64,000 nucleotides of DNA from Octopus sinensis (taxonomy: Eukaryota), in contig NC_042997.1 in assembly GCF_006345805.1 (NCBI RefSeq), positions 61,628,001-61,692,000 on the forward strand, in the 5' to 3' direction. Below the pieces are notes generated by a model. That model was not told the origin of the DNA and did no database searches. It worked only from the letters and a program-made list of their open reading frames with translations. Shown piece after piece: positions 1 to 13,540 of the stretch. A program made the position numbers and the translations under genes. The first letter of the stretch is position 1. Each line of letters starts with the position of its first letter.

Positions 1-689
1 GCCTTAAATCGCGCAACCCCGCAATTTTTTTCTTTTTTTTTGCATAATGGTATGAATTCCCGGGTATAGAATACAAATTTACAAAACTTTTCTGAGAATC
101 CCCCAAAATAAAAAAGTTATGAGAGGTTATATGTCGTGCATAATTCATTTGTTTATGGTTTCATATAAAAACAGAAGTGCTATCTTCAGGTTGTTGACAA
201 AATGTTCAATCATACAAAGATTGACAGCTTCCAATCTTGTTTCCTGAGTAGGTAAAAATGATCAAACTTTAACCTTTATAACTTTTTTTTTTAATTTTCT
301 GAAAAAAATGAAATAACTCCAGCTATTCAGCTTGGTAAACCACTGTAATGCACCAAATTTTAAAATTCTCAATAAACTTTGATTTTTGAAATCTTGGCTG
401 CCAAACAGAAAAGATCCAGTTTTTGGAAATGGTTTTAATTATTCTTTATTTCTAATTGAAAAGAAATTATAACCCGTAACATTTAAAATGTAAAGAAAGG
501 CCGTGAAGTGAAAACAAATAAAAAACGACTTAAAGATAGAAAAGGAAAGGGGAGGAGCAAATGAGAAAGTGAGGAGAAAGAAAACTTCGTATTATATAAT
601 ATAAACTCGTATATACTTGTCAAAACTTGATAGTATATAAATGAATATATCGTTTATAAACTCATCCAATGAAAATATATACATATATT

Positions 690-861
690 CGATATAAACA
701 CACGCACACATATAGTTACTTCACAATAATAAAAAAATGTATATATATATATGCATATAATTCGTACACGCATACACACACATATATATATACATATAAT
801 TCAAACACATATATATACATATATATGCATATACAAATAATTCATACACATATATATATAG

Positions 862-924
<63 letters not shown>

Positions 925-999
925 TATACAAATAATTCATACACATATATATATATAGATACATATATATATATATATATTATATATATATATATATAG

Positions 1000-1052
<53 letters not shown>

Positions 1053-1579
1053 TATATACATACACATATATACATACAGATATATACATACAAATATATA
1101 TATACATATATATAATATGCATATATATACATATACATACATATATATATATACATATATATATATGCATATATATACATACATATATATATATATATAT
1201 ACATATATATATGCATATATATACATACATATATATATACATATATATATATATATGCATATATATACATACATATATATACATATACATATATATACAT
1301 ATATATATATGTGCATATATATATGCATATATATATATATATATATACATATATATATACATATATATACACATACATATATATATATACATACATACAT
1401 ATATATACATATATATACATATATATATACATACATATATACACATACATATATATGCATACATACATATATATACATACATATACATATATATATACAT
1501 ATATATATACATATATACATATATATATACATACATATATATACATATATATATACATATATATAAATACATATATATG

Positions 1580-1616
<37 letters not shown>

Positions 1617-1800
1617 ACATATATATACACATATATATATACATATATATACATACATATGCATATATATACGTACATATATATATACATATATATATGC
1701 ATATATGTACATACATATATGTACATATATACATACATATATACATCATACATATACATACATGTCTACATATACACACATAGATATATATGCACAAATA
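690..1800. repeat. Compound (AT)n/(ATAC) microsatellite array
   Basis: Directly visible; source of the Y/I/H/M-rich pseudo-ORFs. Confidence 0.97.
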
Positions 1801-1816
1801 TACATGTGTGATAGTG

Positions 1817-2936
1817 CAGGGTGTCCTCTCAAAATGTATACTCACTTAAATAGCTGATAACTCAATTTCCATTTCTCTTTGATTTAACCTGATAGAAATA
1901 ATGAAGGCAACCAGACTAAGCTCTGAACAAAGGTAATTTCTCTTGAAGTGCTTCAGAAAGTTTGGAAACGCAATCACAGTCCAATGTCATGAAAGAGGGT
2001 AGTTACAAACACGTCCATCTATTTGACTTTCCATCAGTCACATTAGAGATAAGTTTAAAGCAGATGGAACTGTTCAGAATGGTCTGAAGAAACATTCTGG
2101 AAGACTGCAGACATCAACAAGCACCACAAAACACGAAGAGGTACCAGAAACATTGCCAGAATTGAAGAAAATTATGTGTGGCAAGTGAAGTCTTGACATA
2201 GGAATTTCAAAATCTATACAGACGAAGATGCACACTTTCCAGACTGTTTGGAGTAATGAGACTACATTTCAGTTAAATGGTCCAATTAACAGTCACAAAC
2301 AAATGTAGTGGGAAGCCGAAAATCCACATTTTGTAGAGGAGTATCTTGATAATTTACCAGAAGTTACAGTATGGTGCAGCTTATCATCGAAAGGATTAAT
2401 TGGATCATTCTTCTGATTGGCCTTATTTACTTCAACTTGCTGTGCATTTTATCATACTAACATTCAAGAGAGCTTTGAAGATATGAAGTTTTATCTCCTG
2501 CAAGAAGAGGAAGCCTTAGAACAGTAAAGTAAGGGTCTATATTGATGTGATTTTAACAAGCAGATGGGTTAGATGAAGAGGTTCTTTAGAATAAATTCAT
2601 TGGTCCTCACGCCACTAGTTCTTTTATTTCTTTTTTGCTATGGGGATAATTAAAAGAAGTTTGTAGTACAAAAGTGGTAACAGTGGATAAATTGAGGGTA
2701 AACATTGAACAAGAGTGTGTACAAATATTGAATGAAATATTTTTCATGTTTGTAACTCCCTTCAGTCATGTTATCAGCTGTGCCTCAATCTGGACGGTCA
2801 TCAGTTTGAAAACAGGTGTTCATGAAGAAACTAAATTCTGCTTGTAGTCTCTGTTAAATTTTGAAAATGAAATGTATTTTAATAAACACTATCCTTATAA
2901 GTATTCAATGAGTATATACATTTTTGGGACACCAGG
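1817..2936 (+). mobile_element. Tc1/mariner-superfamily DNA transposon, decayed (CAGGGTGTCC-type TIRs)
   Basis: Imperfect TIRs cagggtgtcc..aaaatgtatactca / tgagtatatacatttttgggacaccagg followed by TA. Transposase-like remnants ([31 protein letters not shown]) with many stops. Confidence 0.75.
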
Positions 2937-2939
2937 TAC

Positions 2940-3085
2940 ATATATATATATTGCATATTTGTGTATATATGTATAAGTATGTGTGTAGATATATATATGT
3001 ATACTTGCATATTTCTGTATATGTGTGTGTGTGTGTATATAGATATGTATGTATTTATATGTATGTATATGTATATGTGTGTATG

Positions 3086-3126
<41 letters not shown>

Positions 3127-3470
3127 ATATATATATGTGATATATATATACAGATATGTATATATATATGTACATATATATGTATTCGTATATATATATA
3201 TATACATAAACATATATATGTATTTGTAAATATATATATATATATACACACACATATAGTTGTGTGTGTATGCATATATATATATATACATAGGCATGTA
3301 TTTATATATATATATATTCACATGAATATATAAGTACAGATATATACATGCATGTATGTATGTATGTATGTATGTATGTATGTATGTATGTATGTATGTA
3401 TGTATGTATGTATGTATGTATGCATGTATGTATATGATGATATATGAGTACAAATATATAAATCTATTTG
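2940..3470. repeat. Compound (AT)n/(TATG)n microsatellite
   Basis: Directly visible. Confidence 0.95.
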
Positions 3471-3479
3471 TCAATGATA

Positions 3480-4754
3480 TGAGGGGTTTTCATTAACGAT
3501 TTCCTCTGACCCACTTCTGTTTATTGCAGAAAATAGAACTTGCACAGGCATAATTATACATGTCTTTATATGTTGCATTGTAAACTGCAGCTTTCCACTA
3601 GAATTCGTTTGTCATTTATGGCTGTTGAAGTGGACTAAGGTGTTATAATGGAGGCAGTTGAATGCAGATCAGTGATCAGGTTCTTATACTTGAAACGTCC
3701 TGCACCAACAGAGACTTTTGATGAAAAAAGTTTATCATGATAATGCACCATCATACGACGTAGTCAAGCACTGGCATCGACAGTTGAAATGTGGTCAGAC
3801 ATCAGTGGAAACTGCTCCTATTTCTGGACAACCATGTTCTGCCTTTGATGACAACACCAACCATAAAGTTGAAGCCATCATTTTGGAGGATTGCTGCATA
3901 AGTGTTTGGCAACTAGCCCAAAAAGTGAAGATAAGTGTAGGGTCATTGGAAAAAATCACTCATGACCATTTGTACATGCAGAAGTTGTCTGCATGATGGA
4001 TTCCCCGTATGCTCACACCTTTTCAGAAGCAGGAATGAATCAATTGCTCCCAGGCTCTTTTGGCAATGTGCCAAGAAAACAAGGAGGACTTTTTTGGCAG
4101 ACTTATCACACAGGATGAAACATGGGTCGTCCATCGTCGTCCATCACTATGATCCTAAAACTAAAGTCCAGTCAAAGCAATGGAATCATGATAACTCACA
4201 CCTCCAAAGAAAGCTCGTGTCCAACCCTCAGCAGGCAAGGTGATGCTCACAGTCTTTTGGGACCTGCATGAAGTAGTGATGATGGATTTTCTGGCAAAGG
4301 GCACCACATATTATGCTTCTCTGCTGAGATGCCATCAAAGCAGATAGGCATGGCATGCTGACCAAAGGACTCCACCTCCTCCAATACAATGCCCCGGTTC
4401 CCAATGTGCATGTTGCTCAGAAGAAAGCATACTCCTGTAGATATGGAATCTTTCCTCATCCCCCTTACTCTCCCAACCTTCCACCATTTGACTTCCACCT
4501 CTTTCCAACCATGAACTTTTTTGAAGGGGAAGTACGTTTCAGATTATGATAAACTTATTTCTGAGGTAAAGCCTTGGCACCAAACATAACCTACTGACTT
4601 CTATAGATGAGTCTTCACAGCTGCATAAAATGATGGGAAAAGTGTGTCACCATTGATGGTGGCTATGTAGAGAAGGACTAATAATTATGCCAAGTTTTGT
4701 TTATCCCAGTCCTTGGGAAGTGGGTAAGGGGAAATCTTTAATGAGTACCCCTCG
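3480..4754 (+). mobile_element. Mariner transposon, full length (~1.27 kb), pseudogenised transposase (irritans-like)
   Basis: ~38-bp TIRs (T/C)GAGGGGT..TCATTAA.GATTTCC.CT.ACCCACTTC. Transposase 3648-4681: MEAVECRSVIRFLYLK, WIPRMLT, ITQDETW, HPPYSPNLPPFDFHLF, KCVTIDGGYVEKD*; contains frameshifts and stops. Confidence 0.93.
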
Positions 4755-4765
4755 AACATTGACTT

Positions 4766-4875
4766 CTAACAAGCATTACAGGACTTTCTGCAATGCCGTA
4801 ACATGTAGCCTGCATTTTTGTTGCAGTGATGTCCTTTGGCCCATGCTGCACATAACTGATTATCATCTTCACAAC
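4766..4875 (-). CDS. Exon 17 (terminal): ShKT domain 8 (CEDDNQLCAAWAKGHHCNKNAGYMLRHCRKSCNAC-stop)
   Basis: Polypyrimidine tract + tatag acceptor, phase 1; TAG at 4768-4766. Confidence 0.94.
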
Positions 4876-5720
4876 CTATAGAAAAAAAGAAATAATATTA
4901 ATATTAGTAATTTCTTTAACATAATATAGATGGATGACAAGAACAAAATACAAAAATGGGGGTGGGTTGCAGATTTGTATATGTGAATACAGATATGAAT
5001 GAAAAGAGAAATGAAGAAAAACGCGTTCCAAAGGAGAAATGATACCTGGTGTCAATCAGGGAAATCTGCATGTTGTAAATATTCCTTAGAGCCAACAGAA
5101 AATGCTTTCTTGTATCTGTGTTCTCTAGCCTACTTGTTTATGCTCACAGCGATCCTACTCTTTCATGCTATTCCCACTGCCAATGTCCACTCTTTAGCAA
5201 ATATGCTGAAAGGAGCATTTCCCTATCTATTTGCTCCAAATGTAATGAATGAGGAGATATTGCAAGGATAATTTACAAAAGCACTCAGAGTTTGAAGCAG
5301 GGTTGGTTATAGATAAAAACAGGCATGGAAACCTAGTAGATGGACAACCATCAAAAGCATGTCAAGGTACCTCATAGATCCAGGATTACTTTCACTATTA
5401 AGTGTGTCACCTCCAAGAAGTGCTTTCTAGTTTGTTGGCAGGTGCTAAAATTAGGCCCATTTACAAAGGCTATACTTTGCAACCATCATTGAACAAATTC
5501 ACTGAAGGACATCTTTTCCTCCACCACCATCTTTTTCTTCAAGTGAAACTTGAAAAAGTCAGTGAGGCTTTGTTCAAAGAGGAAAATATCTTGTTTTTAG
5601 TATTTTATTTTTTAAGGAAGCGGAAAATAGTGGGAGGAGAAATTGTAAGGTGCTAGTTGATAGACTAACCTAGAAGGCATTTAATAGAATATAAGCAAAT
5701 ACAAGTATCCTTAGCCTTAC

Positions 5721-5834
5721 CTCCACAAGTTTTACATGACTTCCGGCAATGAACCAACATATAACGAGCATTTGTAGTACACATATCGTGCTTTGCCCAT
5801 TCTTCACATCCAGCATCATTGTCTTGACAAGAAC
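5721..5834 (-). CDS. Exon 16: ShKT domain 7 (CQDNDAGCEEWAKHDMCTTNARYMLVHCRKSCKTC)
   Basis: ShK spacing; ttctag/gtaagg; 114 nt, phase 1-1. Confidence 0.94.
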
Positions 5835-6015
5835 CTAGAAAAAAGAAAGGAATATATTTACAGATTCCTTTAAAAAATGGACTTGAATCGTTGAGGCAGA
5901 ATTATTTCAGTATATATATAAAATGTGGTAGTTCAATGATCTCTGCTTCATTTATATATGTGTGTGAGTATTTACCAAGGAAATGCTGACAGTAACTTCA
6001 AAGTTTCAGCTTACT

Positions 6016-6578
6016 ATCGTCTTACTACAAAGAAAGGAATGTTCTCAAGAAAATTTAGCAAACACCAGAACGTAAGCGAGTAAAACAAATGAAAAGATAC
6101 AAAATATAGATTAATCACAAACCAAATTTCGTTGTTAACCCTTACGTAATCATTTACGTAATTGTCCGCAACTCATCAGTGTGATCGTCTTTGCAAATAT
6201 ATTTTGCAGAACTATACACGAGACGTCCGCATGAGATTGAATATGTATACAGTTCTACCAATTACAATTTGGGTCACATTTCAAAAGTCTTCGTTTTGGC
6301 GCGCCAAACTACCGGAAATAATTCTGCAGAAAATAATTCTTTGCAGTGAATTTTGTCGGTTAGAGAACATAGTTATTTACAGTTCTGGAAATTATATTTG
6401 CAAAGACGATCACATTGATGAGTTGCGGGCAATTACGTAAATGATTACGTAAGCGATAACAACGAAACCTGGTTTGTGATTAATTTATATTTCGTACATT
6501 TTCATTTGTCTTGTTCGCTTACGTTCTGGCATTTGCTCAGTTTTCTTGAGAACATTCCTTTATTACAGGTAAGACGAT
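6016..6578. mobile_element. Fold-back element/MITE with ~200-bp terminal inverted repeats
   Basis: 6016-~6215 is the imperfect reverse complement of ~6380-6578 (atcgtcttac...ggaatgttctcaagaaaa...gtgatcgtctttgcaaatat). Confidence 0.85.
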
Positions 6579-6729
6579 TGCGGACTTTCTTCTAGCATAA
6601 TGTATGTCCACTTACAGATCATCCCTCTTATATATATGTTATATAATTTTTTTGAAACTTTTTCAGTATGCTAGACCGCTGTTTTTAAATTCATATTAAT
6701 CAAATTAATATTCAAATTTTCACAATTAT

Positions 6730-7029
6730 TATTTTAAAATACATAAACACATATATTCATACGTATATACATATAAACATATATGTACGTATATATATAT
6801 ATATATATACATACATATATATATATATATGTATGTACATATATATGTATATAATACATATATATGTATATATATATATATATACATACTAATATATGTA
6901 TAATATATGCACATATATATATACATATATAGAAACATATATAATACATATGTATATATATGCATATATATGTATATATAAATGCATATATATAACATAT
7001 ATATTATATACATATATATACATATATGT

Positions 7030-7061
<32 letters not shown>

Positions 7062-7219
7062 CTTATATATATATATACAATATATATCATATATATATAT
7101 ACATATTAAATATACATATATATGCATATAATATATCTATATATATATGTATATAAATATGTATATATATATACATATATATATACATATATATTTACAT
7201 ATATGTATATACATACATA

Positions 7220-7252
<33 letters not shown>

Positions 7253-7268
7253 GCATAGATTTATATAC

Positions 7269-7299
<31 letters not shown>

Positions 7300-7300
7300 C
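6730..7300. repeat. Compound (AT)n microsatellite
   Basis: Directly visible. Confidence 0.95.
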
Positions 7301-7800
7301 AGTGGCTGTACAAACTGCAGAAATCGAACAACAGTCTTTTCTGTACATGACCCAGAAGATAGTACAGGAGCTGACGTGGACACAGGATGCAAACTCAAAG
7401 CCGCGCATTCCAGTGCACAAGATCGCACCAGGTGACTGGTCCCGGATGTCCACCACTAACATCTATCCCGATATCGCACCCATACTCCTACTGAATAGGA
7501 GGGGTCTGCTACAGAGGTAAGATTCTCAGCAACAGAGGTAACATTCTCTTTCTAAAAGAGCTTGCTGCATGCAATCAAGCAATATGCATGGCACTCACGG
7601 AAACGCATCTAGCTCATGATGTAACAGATGGGAAAGTACACATATCAAGGTATGCTGTACTTCGTACAGACTGAAGAGAAAGAAGCCACGATGGAGTTGC
7701 TATGTATATCTGTGAAGACGGCACACCTTGTATTATTGTCACATTCAAACTGAGTTTGTGACACCTTAATAATACACATAAAGCAAACTGATATAGCTAT
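7300..7800 (+). mobile_element. LINE fragment, APE endonuclease N-terminus
   Basis: Translates to ..CMALTETHLAHDVTDGKVHISRYAVLRTD*RERSHDGVAMYI.. (APE motifs TETHL, R.DR, GGVA.Y). Confidence 0.7.
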
Positions 7801-7842
7801 ATGCACGATATATTAGACATGTCTGTTATATATACATTATAT

Positions 7843-7882
<40 letters not shown>

Positions 7883-7939
7883 AACATACATATACATATA
7901 TATATATACATACATATACATATATATATATATACATAC

Positions 7940-8350
7940 ATAGAAGGACTTGTCCCAAACTTTGGCATCGAGAGTTACACAAATGCCAGAACTGGGCACC
8001 ACTGCATAATGCCAAGGACTCCAAATTTGCCATCAAGATGTAAGACAAGATACTGTGATAGCTTGGGCTTCCGAGGCTCACAACTCTTCAATATCCTCCC
8101 AAAGAACCTAAGAGACCTGCATCGGGTGGATGCAGATGTCTTTAAAATGAAACTGGCTCTCTCATCTTGTCAGGTGTCCCAGATGAACCAACTTCACGGC
8201 AGGAGGTGCAGATGAGGGCAGCTGCATCGAACTCTCTCATGCACCAGATGGCATTTGCTAAAAAGCATTCGTGAAGTAAAATCATGTAGCAACACCAAAT
8301 GGCGGTGCCCCAGCATGGCCACAGCTTGTGAGCTGAAACTAAATAAAATT
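7940..8350 (+). mobile_element. LINE (CR1/L2-group-like) 3' end with tail
   Basis: EGLVPNFG..SLGFRGSQLFNILPKNLRDL..DEP..RAAASNSL, then 3' tail ggcggtgccccagcatggccacagcttgtgagctgaaact and an A-rich end. Confidence 0.7.
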
Positions 8351-9385
8351 AAAATATAATAAATAAATAAATATATATATATATATACATTATAACATAT
8401 ATATAATATACATATATAGATATAATATACATATAATATATGATATACATATATATATATTATATACATATATAATTATATACACATATATATATATATT
8501 ACATATATATATATGAATATATATATACATATATATATAATATACATATATTATATATATATATGATTTATATATATAACATATATATATATATTCTATA
8601 CCTATATATTATATATATATGTTTTATATATATATATTGTATATATATATATTATATATATATTTATTATATATATTATATTATATATATATATTATATG
8701 CATATATATATACATTATATATTATAAATATTTATATTATATACATTATATATATATTATATATATTATTATATATTAATATATATATTATATATATTTT
8801 ATATATAATATATATATATATATATTATATATATATAATATATATAATAATATATAATATATATTATATGTATTTATATATTATATATATCATATATTTA
8901 TTATATATATTATAGTACTTATATATGTAATATATATATATACATTATATATATAATATATATATACATTATATATATAATATATATATATACATCATAT
9001 ATATATAATTATATATGTAATATATATATATATACATTATTATAAGAATATATATACATATATATATAATTATATATACTTGATATATATAATATATATA
9101 TATTACATATTATATATATATATATACATATATATATCAATATATATTATATACAATATATATATATACATTATATATGTAATATATATATACATTATAT
9201 ATATATATATATACATTATATATATATATATATATTATATATATATATAATATATATATAGGTGAGAAAGTTGGTGTGTGAAAGCACGTGGTTGAATATA
9301 TAGAAAATTGTAAAAAGTGAAAAAACAAACCTTCTGTAGTTTTTTCACTTTTTACTATTTTCTATATATATATATATATATAAAT
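8350..9385. repeat. Degenerate (AT)n/(ATT) low-complexity array
   Basis: Directly visible. Confidence 0.95.
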
Positions 9386-9564
9386 TGGACGCTGCCCAGC
9401 TGACCCTACTATACTCTGCAGTCGAGAAAATCAAAACGAAACAATGCACATGTGCGAAATTAAAATTCACCCATTCCACACTGTATATAATACGTACACA
9501 TTTGTAAATGCAAAATATATAAACGACTTACAGAAATTGGTAGGTAAATATTAATATTACTTAC

Positions 9565-9714
9565 TGCTTGTGGTAGTAGTTCTTCCTGAATCACTACAGA
9601 AACCACATGATTTACGACAATGTCTAGCCATCCAATCAGGATTAATGTTACAATGGTTATTGTCACGCCACATTTTACAATCTTCTACGTTAGTGTGGGT
9701 ATCATAGCAATTGT
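9565..9714 (-). CDS. Exon 15: ShKT domain 6 (CYDTHTNVEDCKMWRDNNHCNINPDWMARHCRKSCGFC) + Thr-rich linker
   Basis: ShK spacing; tttcag/gtaagt; 150 nt, phase 1-1. Confidence 0.94.
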
Positions 9715-10290
9715 CTGAAACAAGTAGAATTTATTTTAAAAAGTGTTATTTTTACATTCAAATCTAATCGACTGGTCCCCTCCCCAAAAATTTCGGGCCT
9801 TGTGTCTAGAGTAGAAAAGTTTATTCTTCAGTTGTGCTTGAGCAACCCAGTGATAAAAAGCAATCCAACGCCCTCCATCTCATTTAGTATTCTTTTCATT
9901 AATTCTAATTTCTCAATGCTTCAGAATGACTGATATAATTTAATTAATTTACACAATAACCTTTATAATGAAAATTGTTGCATAAATTACGTGAAATGTA
10001 TAATTTAGTTCTATATCTGGTTTCATTTTATAACATCTGTATTTATATACACAAACACATGAACACGTACATGAGAAAATACCAATACTCGAGAAACTAG
10101 TTAGGGGACATAAATATAGCTAGAGAAATATAAGAAATAATCAATTTATAGTTTGCTATATAGAATATAAGAACATTTTCTGGATAATTTCATAAATGAA
10201 TCAATGCACCAGATTATAACAAACAGCAGAGTTAATTGCTTAATAATTAGGATAAAAAATGATTTTAAAAGACGAGAATTTTTATCTTAC

Positions 10291-10488
10291 AGGGATTGCT
10301 TTTTGTAGTTGGTGATGTCGTTGGTTCAACATAGACTGTGGTTTTCTTATCATGTTCAATTTCACCTTCACTACAAAGTTTGCAAGACTTTCTGCAGTTT
10401 TTCCTCATGAATTCTTTGTTAGATTCACATTGGTCACCTTGTGCCTTCAAGTCGCAAATATTATCTTTGTATAAGTTCACACAACCTT
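10291..10488 (-). CDS. Exon 14: ShKT domain 5 (CVNLYKDNICDLKAQGDQCESNKEFMRKNCRKSCKLC) + Thr/Pro-rich linker
   Basis: ShK spacing; tatag/gtaaga; 198 nt, phase 1-1. Confidence 0.94.
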
Positions 10489-10822
10489 CTATAAATAAGG
10501 AAAGAAAAAGAAAAGATAAACATAGTTTATAAACATAGAAATTGCATGTTCCGTTTAAATATATTCCTTTATTATGATACAAGTAAATTCTTTTCTAGAA
10601 ATTAGGATACTTATTCCAAATCCATTCTAAAAATCTACTCACAAGCCTTAGGTTAACCAAGGGCTATGAAAGCTTTGTGAGTGAATTTGGAAGACAAAAA
10701 CTGAAGGAAGGAAGAATGTATGTATGTATGTATGTATGTATGTATGTATGTATGTATGTATGTATGTATGTATGTATATTGTATGTATATATATATATAT
10801 ATTATGTGTGTGTATGTATATG

Positions 10823-10877
<55 letters not shown>

Positions 10878-10904
10878 ATGTATGTATGCATTGTGTGTGT
10901 GATT

Positions 10905-12150
10905 ATTCAGTTTTATTTCAAGATTTCTTGCCAATGGAGAAAGAGTCGGTTTCTAACTTAGATCCAAGGCTCCTTCATTGGAAATTCAATATCAACAACA
11001 GGGTACTTTTGTATGTATGTACATATGTATGTATGTATATGTACAGATTTGTATGTTTTGTTTTATGTATGTATTTTCATGCATATAGTTGCATTTCTAG
11101 ACATGCTCATATATATTTAAATGATAAACGTCGGGAAAGTTTTACTGATTTTTAAAGTTCTAGTGATGGATTGGATCTGTAGTCTCCGAATTAGCTTTCA
11201 CCTTTCTGGTTTTGAGAAGCCTACTTTCTCAAGATTGGTATTTAGGCAGTTTATTACATATTCCAGAGTCCCAATAATTACAGGTATAAATTTGAACTTG
11301 TCATCTGGACAGAGTAACAGCAGATTTCTCATTAGTTCAGTGTACTTCAGATTTACGTTAACATCCGCTGGGCAGCTAATTCCCACAACTATACACAGTT
11401 TCCCTTCTCTATCCCAAATCATTATATCAGGTCTGTTGTGCTTACATTTTATTGAGGTTTTCATTGGGACATTCCATGAGTACTCCTTTTTATTATGAGT
11501 GGCTATGGCTTCTACCATACTGTGGGTTCTTATTTCTTTGTCCTTGTGGTTATCCTTCCAACGGATTTCATTATAGTGTCCTAGCAACAACAGCATGTCT
11601 CATCAGTAGATAATACCATGATGACATTTTCGGATACCTACTTACGAAGTGGGTGATATCTTCGGTGTTAACTCCACAAAGTCTGCATTGGTTGTCACAT
11701 TTTACTGCTTTTCCTGCATCTCTGACCCTTTGGTGCATCAGATATTTGGTTGATATTTCCTGTTCCTGGATTGCAAACGCATACTCTTCAAAATGGGAGG
11801 TAGTAATCCGGCTTTTGGTTCATGATAGACTGCTTTGATGATCAATGTTACCATCATCTTGGATCTTTCTACTAACATATCCATGCATAGTCTTCTGCTC
11901 ATATATGCTAATCCTTTCATCTGATGATACGTTGCGGTAGAGTCGTGCGACATCTTTGGACATGTAATTAAGGTATCAGACAAAAAAATGTTGCTCAAGG
12001 AGCTGCCTTCCAAGTCTTATGATGTTATCAGCCTCATGCTTGCAAACTTGGTCAAGGGAAATACTCCAACACTTGGTAGAGAAAATGTTGCCGAAGGGAT
12101 ATGATACGACATTCAAAGGTATTTTGAATCGGTGTTAAACCTCTGTCTCA
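10905..12150 (-). mobile_element. 5'-truncated non-LTR retrotransposon with restriction-like endonuclease (R4/Dong-like), decayed
   Basis: CRLCGVNTEDITH (CCHC knuckle), KHNRPDIMIWDREGKLCIVV.ISCPAD (PD..D RLE motif), KFIPVIIG. The 3' UTR ends in (TACA)n. Confidence 0.85.
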
Positions 12151-12165
12151 TATGTATGTATGTAT

Positions 12166-12237
12166 GATGACAAGTTCAGGTTTATACCTGTAATTATTGG
12201 GGCCCTGGAATATGTAATAAACTGCCTAAATACCAAT
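12166..12237 (+). repeat. 72-bp inverted copy of an internal segment (11234-11305) of the R4-like element, embedded in (TATG)n
   Basis: 68/72 identity to the reverse complement of 11234-11305 by direct comparison. Confidence 0.9.
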
Positions 12238-12444
12238 GTATGTATGTATGTATGTATGTATGTATGTATGTATGTATGTATGTATGTATGTATGTATTAT
12301 TGACTGTGTGTGTGATGCATGCATGATTCTAATCGAAGTGATAAAAGAATCTTGAAGACAAATAAAAAAAACCGTCGTCTTAGGAATTGAACATCGTTCC
12401 ATAAAAGTTCATTTCTAACAAAGAAAAAATTTTACATTTCTTAC

Positions 12445-12570
12445 TTGTTTGGCATTTCTTGCAGGACATTCGGCAGTGTGGTATCATAAATTTAGGGTTT
12501 ATTGCACACTGATTTGCTTGGGCCCAGGCAGGGCACTTATCTCGATATTGCTCGGAATCTTTGCAGTCAT
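12445..12570 (-). CDS. Exon 13: ShKT domain 4 (CKDSEQYRDKCPAWAQANQCAINPKFMIPHCRMSCKKC)
   Basis: ShK spacing; aatag/gtaaga; 126 nt, phase 1-1. Confidence 0.94.
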
Positions 12571-12627
12571 CTATTACAAAAAATTAAGTAAATACTTTAT
12601 ATGGTAGACGTTGACAATATCAATAAT

Positions 12628-13000
12628 AACAAGAGGACTCAGAGAGCGCAAACCTCCGCCAAGGTAACATCAACGTCCTCTCAACGATTAACCGGAGATG
12701 ATTTTTAAAATAAGAATATCTGAAATAAATTCGACTGCTCTCACAAGCGAGAATAAAAATGAACCTGACCGCTCTTAAAAATTAAGTAAAAAAAAAAACG
12801 GAAAAATAATCCAGAATCCTTGCCCGGAACTGGATCAATCCCGAAATCTAATCAGTTCGTGCCAGTCACGATGCCAAACATCCCTGAAAGTTTCATTCGA
12901 ATCCATCCAGTTGTTCTTGAGATATCTTGTCCACGGACAAACAAACAAACAAACAAGACTGAAAACAATACCTCCGCCTTAGCGAAGGCGGAGGTAATAA
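12628..13000 (-). mobile_element. Non-autonomous Helentron/DINE-1-like (HINE) element
   Basis: Terminal hairpin acctccgcc-ttagcgaa-ggcggaggt, sub-terminal repeat acctccgcc near the other end, internal (caaa)n, T-rich insertion ends. Confidence 0.6.
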
Positions 13001-13220
13001 TCATTTCTGCTATAGACACAAGGTTTGAAATTGGGGTAGATGGATAGCCGATTACAGCGACACTAGTGCTCGACTGATACTTTCTTTTATCGACCCCGAA
13101 GAGATGAAAGGCATAGTCGACCTCAGTAGAATTTGAACTTAGGGCGTAAAACCGGAAAAAATACCACTAAGCCATTTTCTCCCGCATGGCATGCTAACGA
13201 TTCTGCCAGCTTGCTGTCTC

Positions 13221-13248
13221 AATAATAATAATAATAATAATAATAATA

Positions 13249-13332
<84 letters not shown>

Positions 13333-13365
13333 ATTATTATTATTATTATTATATTAATATTATTA

Positions 13366-13400
<35 letters not shown>
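13221..13400. repeat. (AAT)n directly abutting (TAT)n
   Basis: Directly visible inverted triplet junction at ~13250. Confidence 0.95.
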
Positions 13401-13402
<2 letters not shown>

Positions 13403-13540
13403 TTTGTACAAAACTAGGGATTTTGAAGTAATAGGTTTAGTCGATTACGTCGACCCAATACTAGAATTGCATAATATATCATAGTTGCCGAATATCTAAA
13501 ACAGTCTGATCTGGTCACAGAATAATTCATTATAACTTAC

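Noticed and set aside
669-1845. Long ORFs of 150-300 aa rich in Y/I/M/C/H/T (also 25898-30017, 34158-34762, 22699-23477, 6729-7156)
   Set aside because: Translations of stop-free (AT)n/(ATAC)n microsatellites in several frames on both strands; no real coding signal.
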